DNA from: Auanema rhodensis
Taxonomy: Eukaryota; Animalia; Nematoda
Assembly (NCBI GenBank): GCA_964057225.1
Contig: OZ059894.1
Span: 14,570,001 to 14,634,000 of the forward strand
Length of the DNA stretch: 64,000 bases
Reading direction: 5' to 3'
Position 1 is the stretch's first letter. Each line of letters opens with the position of its first letter. Positions 29,001-42,500 of this stretch are shown piece by piece. A model generated the notes under the pieces. That model searched no databases, was not told the DNA's origin, and worked only from the letters and a program-made list of their open reading frames with translations. The position numbers were made by a program, and so were the translations under genes.

Positions 29001-29987
29001 ATTAGATTTTGGATAACTACAAGTGAAAACAAATGATTTCCGTCATACCTTTTTCCGTTTTTTTTAAATTCAAATAAAAAAAACTTTGAAACTAAAAGAG
29101 ATAGTAGATGAGACATTTGACATTTTCCGAAAAAAAAGCTAATGTCAACTATCTATAGTTACTAAAGTTGATTTGTAACTTCAATGACCTTATTGAATGA
29201 ACTAATGGCTTATGACATGATTACTACAACAGTATGTGTGATATTATGTCACAATGACTCAATTTAAACTTTAAAAACACACTTATTCGCTCTCTTTTAA
29301 CAGCATTTTCTCTTTCTTTCATAAGCTTTTTAGAGCGAATGTGTAATAATAATATATAATCTTAACAATCATCGTATAGTAATTTCTAAATTGTGTTATT
29401 AAACTATTTCTTTATTTTCAGACAAAATGTTATTGGCGTAGAACTAAGTAGACGACCAGATGGTTCAGATGATTCAGATGACGATCTCAATGAATTTGAA
29501 GACAGTATGACTGATTCTCCTTCACCCGAACAGACAAATGTAAGAATCAAACAACTTCTCATATATAGATGTAACCATTATGTTTCTTCAGGACTTGTCT
29601 AAACGAGGTGCTAACAACTCAACGAATAATCTCTTGGCCTCCAACTTCGGTGGAATCAATCCCTTCTTCATGTTCAATCCGGCTTTGCTCATGCAGCAAT
29701 TGTCACAATTCCCCTTGCAAACACCACCTGCTCCCCGCAAAGGCATTCTATCCATCGATGAAATTCTGAATCTGAAGCCAAAGATGTCTGAGGAAACGCC
29801 TCACCTTTCTCCATCCAGCTCCTCACATCATGAGGATTCATCATCTCCAACCCGGGAAGACAGTTCCAGTGGTCGCGAGATATGTAGTGAACCGTCTTCT
29901 CCTCAGAAGCTTTTGGAAGAACTAACGAAGAGAGAAGAAGATACAGCTAGTCCACCCCCCACTACGGCTATCACAGAATCAGCTTAA
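26025..29987 (+). CDS. ceh-32: Six3/6 (Optix)-class SIX homeodomain transcription factor, 7 exons (26025-26258, 27771-27863, 27913-28088, 28651-28744, 28800-28963, 29422-29539, 29592-29987)
   Basis: SIX domain [25 protein letters not shown]...[39 protein letters not shown], the Six3/6-diagnostic QKTH tetrapeptide, and homeodomain [56 protein letters not shown]. All introns GT-AG. Confidence 0.96.
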
Positions 29988-32900
29988 ACTCCTTGCCCAC
30001 TGATTCTTTCTTCCTCTTACTTTTCATTTTAAATTTTGTTCTGGTTCTTCCTTGTACATGATGATAACTACTTTTTCCTCTCTCCTATCCACATTCTCTA
30101 TCTCTTTCTATCTCTCTCTCACTCTCTCTCTCTCTCTCTTTTTCTCTCATTATATTTGTACAACCGTAATTCCTTTTCTCGCTCTCTCTTTCTCTGGAAA
30201 ATCAAAGCAAGTTAGTAGAAATAATGTATAATTTATATGTATAAGTGATTCAATTGTGTGCATAGTTCGGTGTCGTGTACTCATTTTTCTTGAACAAGTT
30301 CTGTCCATAACAGCTTTATCTTTGTAACATTTGTTCGAAATCCATCCATCAGACGTGTCTATACATCTCGTCTGGGACAGAGCTTGTAATCTGCTTAGCA
30401 AAACCAAATCAGGTGGATGATAGCTGATTCGCCCCGAAGAGCATAGCTGGTCGATATGCGGTTGTTTGAATGTTCTAACAGTTCATTCAATCTGTGTTTC
30501 TTCAGACTTTTTTTTCTTAACGACTTTTTAGAAGGACCTCACGTTTTTCTCTTCTTTCGGCGAATAAACAGCTATCGTTCCGTAGTTGTATCCATAATGT
30601 ATTCATGATCATCCTTTCCAATCACTTTATTCTTGAAAATTCCGTTTTGTTTTATTCTGAACGTATACAGTACAGTACCTTCCACCTCACCTCATTTTTC
30701 AACTTTTTGTTTGAACTATGTAATTTATTCCATTTTTTTTCAATGTCTCTTAAATCTATATATATAATATATACTTTATTGTGGTTTGAAAACAACATAG
30801 AACTCATTTTTCTCAATTTAATTCATACAGCCAATAAAATATTTTCTTAGTTTTCAACGTATTTTTTTTCTTTTGTATATATAATAATAAGTTAGAACAT
30901 AAATATACATACATAACATTGAAACATGTATATGATGATGCTGCTGCTGTTGATGATGATGTTGATGAAGATGATGATGAGCAGCATGGTGACAATCATA
31001 ATAAGATCAAATAGATTAGTAATTCAAACTATTTTCTTTAAAACTATCGAATATTTTAAAAACATATATGAATGTGCTTCTTCAGGCTCATTATAACATC
31101 AAGCTTTACACACATAACATCCTCAACAGCATTTGCTTTACGTAATTTTACGACAAAAAAAGCAATTCAAGGACTGAAATATGAAGATCAAGTGAGGATA
31201 GTACATCATGCTTCAACAGAGAGAAGTTGATTTTTAATCTACAAAACTCCAATTGAAATAGCTGTATAACTGTAGATTGCTAGCTAATATCTTGCTGCTC
31301 TTTGTATTAGTTCAATGTTGTATTCACTTCATCGTTTGTCGTTCGTACATACATCTGTATGTATGATCGTCATCATCATCACACGTATACACAAAGCTTA
31401 TCCTCAAGTACATATTGTCTATCTATCAGCTGTATTCTTCGCCGAATAATCAGTTTTTCCTATAGTGTTGTCCTAGGATTCTTGTTATCATTACATAACA
31501 TTGTCTCTCTTATCCTCATCTTCTCATTCTCACCTCTTCTCTTCTCATTTGACTTCATCTCTCAACGTCTATTTATTCTCTTTCAGACTACGGTATGTCA
31601 CATAAAACAAGGGCCGATTCGTTTCGACACTCGGCTCGCTGCCTATTTCAATTACGGATATTAGCTACGAGGAGCAACGAGAGTGATTGGGAGAAGGGTT
31701 GAATGATGGTTCGCAAAGCAGATAGATAGTGGTTGTGTGTGGCTAGAGACAAGACTATCTAGTAGATGTCAGAGTAGAAATAGATTGTTAGAGAAGGAGG
31801 AAAGAAGAGAAATGAGAATAGAAGAAGCTCCGCTTTCATAGCAAACAAACATACCGTAGCAAGCCAATGAGTCTGTCACTCTCAGTGTATCGTTCTCTCG
31901 TAATTCTCTTCTCACCCTTTCTCTCTCATTTCTGCTTCTCTATCTTACTTCTCCATTAACCGACACATTATGAGAGTATGACATGTACATGTGTATTTCC
32001 AATTGTAAATATCCAATAACAGGCTAATTTGTCTAATTTAGGAAATGACTATCAAGGCTCTATCGTTTTCTTTTTTTCTCTCAATTTTCTGTTGAATCTA
32101 TGATTAAAACCTCCTGTTCTTTTCTCTTGTCGCTTCACCTCAAAGACAATTCTGATGAGAGCGACTACGAATAATGACGGACAGGTGCTGATTTTAATCA
32201 AAACTTGTGTCTGGATGTGTATGTACGTGTCGCTTATACATGTGTTGTATGTGTGTTTTCCTCTCTTCTTATTTGGTCAATTTCGTTTATTCTTTGATAG
32301 AATAATCACCAAATGTAGAAAACTAGTGGACAGATTAATGAGGAAACTTGATAGAAATGATGATGAGAGGGGCGAGCAAGTGACAGTTCAACTGTAAAGA
32401 GCTCAAATTTTATTGATAAAGTTGTTTTCAATCTGTAATAAATGTTATAACTGGCAAGAATCTTTGAAGTTTCTAGACCTATACCACTCTACATAGCCCA
32501 ATTTGGATACAAAAACCAATAAATTAGTTATATTAGCTTAGAATAGAAAAGCAATATATTAGGCGGTCAAGTGATTATCTAAGCATACATATTTCATTCA
32601 TAAACTTAAATACTAGAGCATTAGTTGAAGATAGTTAAGTGTTGATTGACCGACTGCCAGTAGTGTGCTCTGCAGCAGTTTTCTCTCGTATTTTCTCCCT
32701 AAATCTCATATTTCTCTCAATCTCTCATATATGTACAATCGTTCGAAGTGTTTGTATTTTCCTGAACATTTGGCACTATGCTCAGGCTGCCACTTTTACA
32801 TCTGTGATGATATAGATGTACTAATTGACATGACTGCTCAGTGGGATACCGCTGTTAGACACCACCTCTTAGCCTTTCTAGGATACTGTAATTGACCCCC

Positions 32901-32989
32901 ATGTGCTCGATTAGAATAGACAATGGAGCTGTGTCAAACGGGTATTTAGCGCATGCTTATCCCTCTAGGATAGATGATACAGTACATTA

Positions 32990-32992
<3 letters not shown>

Positions 32993-33040
<48 letters not shown>
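32993..33040. repeat. (GA)n microsatellite
   Basis: Perfect agagag run. Confidence 0.95.
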
Positions 33041-33044
<4 letters not shown>

Positions 33045-36000
33045 TGCAAGAAAGAGAGATAAGAGAAACAAGAGGTGCGAGAGCTAGACTGTGAAATAGA
33101 AAATGGTGGAGGGAGAGTGAAGCGACTCGAAATCTGTAGAGGGTGTGAAACTGGAAGTGCGAACCAACAACCAATTTCACACCTTTATACATTTGCCGTG
33201 TTCGAGGCTGCTCATCTCTCTATAGGCATCCAAGCATCTTTTGGCTAAAACAACCACACACTTTAGTCATTTACCTATTCAAGGGAATGACATTTCAAAT
33301 GAAGGATAGAACAACGAAATTACACTTACTGATGAAATCACCTCCGAATCATAAATTCAAAACGATTTCTATTTGGTTTAAGGGTCTGTAATCAGTTTTT
33401 CTCCGATTTGTTAGCTCCTCGATGACTTGACCATTATTAGCTACCGTATATAGCAAGGACGATCTTAATGGAAAAGCATTATTTTCCAAGGATGATTTGG
33501 AATGAAGACAGTACGGAAAGATCACTCTCTTGTATTTTGACTATTTTCTTTTCTTTATACGTTATTACATCAGTTCATTTTGCTATCTTTCAGTATATAA
33601 TGTGAGAGGTAGAAGAACTGAAAAGGTGAAATGTCACGAGGGGACAAGAAGAAGGAAGGGGTTAGATAATAAGATAGATGAGAATCTTGATTACTTTTAA
33701 TGAAAATAATGATGTTAAAGAATATACTTGAGATCTATTCATATACTGTATAGATAGATAAATATTTTCTTGCTATGGACATATGTTTGTGTACGTGTTA
33801 GATGAAGAAGGGATTCGTGTCAGGCTTGCGCACAAACTGCAACTTCGACGGTGAAGATGAAGCCAAAGACGATAATTGTCAAGAAGAAAGAACAAAAAGA
33901 AGCAACATAGAACGAAATATGAAAAGAGAAGCGCGAGAAAGTTTGATATAGAGTGAACCAACAGAGAGAGCGATACAATCAGATAGAAGCAATGGATCTA
34001 CCGTAATCGAATTCTCAAAACATGCGATACGTTATCACAAGCTGTCTTTTCGTTTCTCTTCTACATCATCCTTTCCTTGTCTCTTTATTCGTTTTTTTGC
34101 TTCTTCACATATTCTATCTTACACACACACTTACACATACACTCTCTTAATTTTTTTCTCTCTATCTATCTGTGTACAAGGATAGCTGGCTCGGCTTCCT
34201 TTTTCTCTTTTGCGTCCTTTTGTCAAATCAACCACTCGACTGGTCTCAGTCCTGTTGCTGTTGTGTCTATGAGTATAGACAATGGAAAATGGAATAAGAA
34301 AATGAAAAATTAAGGGAACCCATCTTTACCTAGTTTTTCTCATTTTATTCAATTCTAAATTGTTTCTTTAACCTATTTATATCATAAAACCTGTGTACAT
34401 ATACCTCCTACATAAGAACTTATTTCTTCCCTAAGTTACTAACAACTAACCAATAACGATGAATTGATTTATATAGATTCTCACTACTTCTATCTAATTT
34501 CATAAATTCATTTGATTACTATATGTTGGGTGGCTAACCATTTAAATCATTACTATACTGTCCACTCGGTAAATCTACACCAGATAATGAATGGGTTACC
34601 CGGATGACAATACCAAAAGTCAAAAAAAAAAGTGGGGGAGGTCCAATGAAACTTTGGATTATTAATCTGCCTTGCCTCACATCAATAATCAAAGTGTGGA
34701 CAGGATGTTGGCGATGATTATGATGACAATGTGTTAGTACATGCTATCTGACGTCTATCACATTTTCTCTTCACATTACACATTTCTCTCATTCTATCTC
34801 TCTCTCTCTCTTTGTACTGTCTATTAGACAACCATATAATTACTGTAATTGAGTGAGAGATATACTATATCCTATCTAACTTTGTATATCCTATATACAT
34901 ACATATAGTATATCCATTTAGATATATTAAATTGGAAACAAATTGACACATTTCCTCTCTTTGATTCTCATTCAGTATGTTCCTATTATCAGGACATATC
35001 TGGTATAATACATGTCTATACTATAAACGATGCATTTTTACCTCAAAGGGATAATGGAGAGAAGAAGATTAAGAATAATGGATGAATACGATTTTCCACA
35101 ACAATTTGCTTTATTTTCAAAGTATGGACTAGGATTTGTTAGAAAAGTCAGTAAAATGGTATTAATCTCTACAATCTAGCTGAGCTATGGTGTAAAATCT
35201 ATATCACGTTTTGCAAGCTGTAACATATAGACAGATTCTAAGGTTAATCGCATCTCAGATGTGTTATTCTTCTTATAATCATAGATGATACGATAAGAAA
35301 AGTGCATAACTTATGTTCTTGAATGGATGTTTCTCATTAAGTGATGCGTAAAAATTAAAAAATCAGCCACAGATAGACAGATAAGTATCTTGTGGTATGT
35401 TAAATAGCACCTGATAGAATAGAAGATAAAATCTATTACATGAGAGGTAAGACATATTGACAACTGGCACTAATACCATTTGATAAGGTAATGCCTAAGA
35501 GTATTAAAAGGTCATCCTAGTGTTTAATCTGGTTAAAGGATAATAACCTTTACATAACTTTCTGCTATATTTGGGACCATATGTTTGAAGACAAAAAATA
35601 CAATGAGTTACATCTCACTAAGAGGGATCTATGTTATTTTGCTCATTTTCTCTCTCTCTTTCTCTCATTTTCACTATCACTCTCTTTTTATTTAAAATAT
35701 TAGATGTCGGCAAATTTATTATAATCATAGAGTACATGAAAAGGTGTGCAGCTCAAATCTTCACAGTAATTGTATTAGTATTGCGTGGAGCATATGTTCA
35801 TCAGCTCGTTTGTATATTGACCTTTAAGTAGAAAGGGCTTTCGCTTACAATCTGTTCTAATTAGTTATAATGAAATAAGTTAAATAAATACATGATGATA
35901 TAATCATAATACAACAGATGTTTTTATTTTTTTCTCTTTGCAAATAAGGCATCACATTTCATTGCATATGACTATTGCCTATCATGCAATTTTTTTCTTT

Positions 36001-36602
36001 TATGTCATTTGAAGGTTAATTTGAGTGATTCATCTATTACTTATTTGAATATCAGCAACTTTGTGCAACACTCACGTGAATAACATACGTGAATTGGCTA
36101 TTTTTATTTTAGCAATGACATAGTTGTGATACGGTTGATGGAACTGTGCGGGTAACACAATAATTATTTTTCTCATCTTTTTGTCATCATCAAAGGAAGC
36201 CATCAGCTTAAACATTCCTAAATCCATATTCAATGCTTGCCTCATAATTATTTTGTAAATGCCAGTTCGGGTAATCTGGTCACTGTGTTGTTTCAACACA
36301 TTAAGGGCACAATTTAGGGATTGACACTGACTTCTTGTGGAGCTGCATGCACATTAGCGGCTTCTTGCCTTTGAGGATTAACCCGCAAAAAGTCATGTCT
36401 TTTAGTGCATCCAATATGCTCCTCTTTCCTCTAATTATAACGGAAAACCCGCGGAGCTAGATTACTCCTAAAATACAGTATGTCGTAAGTGAAAGTAAGT
36501 ATTCCGATGAAAAATGCATAGAAAGGGGTCTAAGATATTACATTTAATGTTATAACAAAGTAACAATTCAACAATGACAAGTGTAACAACGATAACAATT
36601 AA

Positions 36603-38801
36603 TTAAGCTTTCTCTATTTGTGTAGAAGTTTGGAATCCAGCTTGAACTGAATTTACTGAACCCTTAGCTTTAGCACGAGGTCCCCAATTTTTTCCCTAAA
36701 ACCACATAAGTATGAGGAAACATGTAAATAAAATGTTATACCTTATTAACTTGGAACCTAATCATTTGATCATTCTTAATTTGAGAAGTTGCAAATGGAT
36801 GTAAGTTGAAGTTTACAGTATGGCTGAAACCAAACAATATGAAAAAAAAAACTTTTTCAATAAAAACAAACGTGATTTCTTTTTCTAAAATTTTACGTCC
36901 TGGAGCTTTCTCATCCAGTTTAGCATTATTCACATTACCTTGAGATGCCTAAAATAGAAAACTACTCTTTGGAGGCAAACTTTAAGATAAATACCACAGT
37001 TCGAATAATATCCCACAAAAATGCAGGTGGAGCATTAGTTTTAAGTGCTCTTGGGTTACAGTGGGAACCAGAGACCTAAATAAAACTGTTGATGATTATA
37101 AAAATAAAACCAAAACCATATAGCCGGCATTTAAAATAGCAGATTTAACATTGATAGCCTTTGGAACACAACATTTCACTACATTGGCTAGTTGATCGTG
37201 TTCATAATAAAGAGGCACATTGATTTCCTGAAAATAGTACCAATGAAGAAAACATATTTTTTCAAAAATGTATACTTCAGCGACGTTACTTAGAACACCG
37301 AGAAGTCTATTGTGAGTTCCTAAACGTTCCTCTTCGGGGGTATTATGAAGTCTATAAATGGAAATATGATTTGAAATCTCCGATCAACACTAACCCTTCG
37401 AGCATTCCAGATACAAATTCTTTATTATGGATAGGTCCAGTGTAAATTGGTCCAGCTTGATGAACTGAATGACCACAGTGGACACACTTGCTGTCGGGTC
37501 CTGTAAAAAGATGAATAATATTCGAGAGCAAAACAGCAAAAGCTATACCCATTAAATTCTGCTTGAAGATAGCAGTTGAGAACTTCACACTATTTCCCTC
37601 TTCAATCTTTCGAAGTGTTGGAATAACTTCCAAAGAATGACAACCAGAGCAAGCATATATATTTCCTACTTTTCTACAAAGCAAAAAACCTAATAAAGGC
37701 GAAGTAGAAATAAAACTTACGTTCCACTATCTTTAGCTTGCTTGGCACCAGTGTGGACACGGACGAAAACTCTGACATAAAAATCTATTGAAATAGCAAC
37801 CAAAGGTTCAATATAGCGAGAATAACGATTAGCATGAGAATCAATTGATCGTATTAGAATGCGTAAAGCCTGGAAATCATAAAACTAATCACAAAGAAAA
37901 TAAAATAAATAGATACCATCTCGTGACAACATTTTAATCTCACAGTAACAGCATCATATTTGTTATAGCAAGCTTCGGGAGTATTTCCACAAAGAACTGC
38001 CATATCAGTACAAGTTACCATAAGAAGTCCTGAAATTTTAAAATAAGGCCAAGAAAAAAGTAAAATTACATACCTTTATCGGCTACACATTGAACAGCAG
38101 AATCTAGAAATACAGATGCTGAACCATAGGGATCCAAGTCAACAGCATGAAAACGCTTATCAATATTTCGATGGCCCATCATAGTCATGCTGAAAATGTA
38201 TATAACAATGTTGAAATTCAAGAATAAATGTTACATAGCATCTCCAAAATAAGCCTTCACTTTGTCTTCAACACCATTTAATTTTATATTTTCCTTGATA
38301 GATTCGACAGCATTTTCAGAAAAATCGTTTGCCAAAATATATTCAATATTGGGCACCTAAATATAAATCTCAGTACACATTATATATGAATTTAAAACCT
38401 CCTGAGAGAAGCGCATAGCACGTAGACCTGTTGCAGATAAAGCATCCAATATTCTTATAGAACCATCCTACAAAAATAACGTTTTTTTCTTTAATGAAGA
38501 AGAAAATTGACCTCATTATCAATAGTTACACGTTTTTTCTTCGGTTCTGGCTCAGCTTCAGTAATTGTCGTTCCGGAATTCTTTTTTTCAATAGCAGCTA
38601 ACCTTTCTTGTACAAATCGCCGCAAAACACAGACACTGAAGTAATATTTTATAATATATACATATGTATTGCTGCTTACGTTAAATCTCTATTGAACTCT
38701 TGGACAGGATTATAAAATACAGGCCCATGAAAACCAATTTTGGCTTTACCTTCAGTGACGATATTGAATTCTGAGGATTCAGTGTTTGATTCTCCGCTCA
38801 T
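36603..38801 (-). CDS. trm-1: tRNA (guanine26-N2,N2)-dimethyltransferase TRM1, multi-exon
   Basis: Motifs [108 protein letters not shown] and [10 protein letters not shown]. Stop TAA at 36605-36603. Confidence 0.96.
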
Positions 38802-39564
38802 TCTGCTCTTCTAAAAAATTTATATTTATTCCAGTCGAGATAAATCAAATTACTGAGTTATAACGTAATCTACGCAAAAGCCTACCACCACTACTTGGGG
38901 TAGCTATCCTCAATACGGAGTTCAATACGCCCTAAAACTCGATGTTTAACACATTGGGTAGAATTTAAAATCATGCGTTTCAAAAAACACAAAGAAATTA
39001 TATATAATTTATTTCATATAGTTACTTAGTATAGCTTTCATTAACATTAGATACAGTTAAAGATATATAATCTACAATTTCAAGATATTTAAGTTTTATT
39101 CATGTTTTAAATGTCGTCGTTTGATTAGAAAGACGCGCAGACACGCAATTTTACACACAAAGTGTGTTATAACTTTCAGTTGTTCAATGCTTTGATATTA
39201 GCATGTTCTGAACTTCAAACTTAAAAAAAAATAGAAAATACAATTGCAGCTATATATAGTTTTCAAAACAATTTGCATTATATTGATTCCGTAAATACCA
39301 GCTTGGACTGAATCGAATACTTCTTCACCTTTGGCCAATAACAAAAATGTTCATGAAAAGTTCTGGTTGTAGTCATGATGTGGATGAACATAAATATATA
39401 AAACATTTATTTAATTCTTATCCGATCAACCGGATTAGTTAGGTGATGTAGTTAACAGTAAAAACTACAGCTGATCCAACAATCTCAATCCATAATAATT
39501 TAATTTTTTAATTTTCCGTTTTTGCACAAGGGCAATTATTATTACCTCATTTTACAAAATTTGC

Positions 39565-42500
39565 TGGGCTTGGTATGAACCCCTTTTCCGGAAAATGGAG
39601 AGGCCCTAGCCAAATCTAAGTCAGATATTCAGATTCTACAGATTTCAATATCCAAGTTCTCTATATTCGTTTTTGAATAAAATCCATGATCGAGGAGAAA
39701 ATCGAGGATTCACCGGTCACATCGTGTACACAGCCTGAACTTTTTTGTGAACAATCTTGTGGATGGGCTTGGTATGAACCCCTTTTCCGGAAAATGGAGA
39801 GGCCCTAGCCAAATCTAAGTCAGATATTCAGATTCTACAGATTTCAATATCCAAGTTCTCTATATTCGTTTTTGAATAAAATCCATGATCGAGGAGAAAA
39901 ACGGGGAATCACCGGTCACATCGTGTACACAGCCTGAACTTTTTTGTGAACAATCTTGTGGATGGGCTTGGTATGAACCCCTTTTCCGGAAAATGGAGAG
40001 GCCCTAGCCAAATCTAAGTCAGATATTCAGATTCTACAGATTTCAATATCCAAGTTCTCTATATTCGTTTTTGAATAAAATCCATGATCGAGGAGAAAAA
40101 CGGGGAATCACCGGTCACATCGTGTACACAGCCTGAACTTTTTTGTGAACAATCTTGTGGATGGGCTTGGTATGAACCCCTTTTCCGGAAAATGGAGAGG
40201 CCCTAGCCAAATCTAAGTCAGATATTCAGATTCTACAGATTTCAATATCCAAGTTCTCTATATTCGTTTTTGAATAAAATCCATGATCGAGGAGAAAAAC
40301 GGGGAATCACCGGTCACATCGTGTACACAGCCTGAACTTTTTTGTGAACAATCTTGTGGATGGGCTTGGTATGAACCCCTTTTCCGGAAAATGGAGAGGC
40401 CCTAGCCAAATCTAAGTCAGATATTCAGATTCTACAGATTTCAATATCCAAGTTCTCTATATTCGTTTTTGAATAAAATCCATGATCGAGGAGAAAAACG
40501 GGGAATCACCGGTCACATCGTGTACACAGCCTGAACTTTTTTGTGAACAATCTTGTGGATGGGCTTGGTATGATCCCCTTTTCCGGAAAATGGAGAGGCC
40601 CTAGCCAAATCTAAGTCAGATATTCAGATTCTACAGATTTCAATATCCAAGTTCTCTATATTCGTTTTTGAATAAAATCCATGATCGAGGAGAAAAACGG
40701 GGAATCACCGGTCACATCGTGTACACAGCCTGAACTTTTTTGTGAACAATCTTGTGGATGGGCTTGGTATGAACCCCTTTTCCGGAAAATGGAGAGGCCC
40801 TAGCCAAATCTAAGTCAGATATTCAGATTCTACAGATTTCAATATCCAAGTTCTCTATATTCGTTTTTGAATAAAATCCATGATCGAGGAGAAAAACGGG
40901 GAATCACCGGTCACATCGTGTACACAGCCTGAACTTTTTTGTGAACAATCTTGTGGATGGGCTTGGTATGAACCCCTTTTCCGGAAAATGGAGAGGCCCT
41001 AGCCAAATCTAAGTCAGATATTCAGATTCTACAGATTTCAATATCCAAGTTCTCTATATTCGTTTTTGAATAAAATCCATGATCGAGGAGAAAAACGGGG
41101 AATCACCGGTCACATCGTGTACACAGCCTGAACTTTTTTGTGAACAATCTTGTGGATGGGCTTGGTATGAACCCCTTTTCCGGAAAATGGAGAGGCCCTA
41201 GCCAAATCTAAGTCAGATATTCAGATTCTACAGATTTCAATATCCAAGTTCTCTATATTCGTTTTTGAATAAAATCCATGATCGAGGAGAAAAACGGGGA
41301 ATCACCGGTCACATCGTGTACACAGCCTGAACTTTTTTGTGAACAATCTTGTGGATGGGCTTGGTATGATCCCCTTTTCCGGAAAATGGAGAGGCCCTAG
41401 CCAAATCTAAGTCAGATATTCAGATTCTACAGATTTCAATATCCAAGTTCTCTATATTCGTTTTTGAATAAAATCCATGATCGAGGAGAAAATCGAGGAT
41501 TCACCGGTCACATCGTGTACACAGCCTGAACTTTTTTGTGAACAATCTTGTGGATGGGCTTGGTATGAACCCCTTTTCCGGAAAATGGAGAGGCCCTAGC
41601 CAAATCTAAGTCAGATATTCAGATTCTACAGATTTCAATATCCAAGTTCTGTATATTCTTATTTGAATAAAATCCATGATCGAGGAGAAAAACGGGGAAT
41701 CACCGGTCACATCGTGTACACAGCCTGAACTTTTTTGTGAACAATCTTGTGGATGGGCTTGGTATGAACCCCTTTTCCGGAAAATGGAGAGGCCCTAGCC
41801 AAATCTAAGTCAGATATTCAGATTCTACAGATTTCAATATCCAAGTTCTCTATATTCTTATTTGAATAAAATCCATGATCGAGGAGAAAAACGGGGAATC
41901 ACCGGTCACATCGTGTACACAGCCTGAACTTTTTTGTGAACAATCTTGTGGATGGGCTTGGTATGAACCCCTTTTCCGGAAAATGGAGAGGCCCTAGCCA
42001 AATCTAAGTCAGATATTCAGATTCTACAGATTTCAATATCCAAGTTCTCTATATTCGTTTTTGAATAAAATCCATGATCGAGGAGAAAAACGGGGAATCA
42101 CCGGTCACATCGTGTACACAGCCTGAACTTTTTTGTGAACAATCTTGTGGATGGGCTTGGTATGATCCCCTTTTCCGGAAAATGGAGAGGCCCTAGCCAA
42201 ATCTAAGTCAGATATTCAGATTCTACAGATTTCAATATCCAAGTTCTCTATATTCGTTTTTGAATAAAATCCATGATCGAGGAGAAAAACGGGGAATCAC
42301 CGGTCACATCGTGTACACAGCCTGAACTTTTTTGTGAACAATCTTGTGGATGGGCTTGATATGAACCCCTTTTCCGGAAAATGGAGAGGCCCTAGCCAAA
42401 TCTAAGTCAGATATTCAGATTCTACAGATTTCAATATCCAAGTTCTCTATATTCGTTTTTGAATAAAATCCATGATCGAGGAGAAAAACGGGGAATCACC

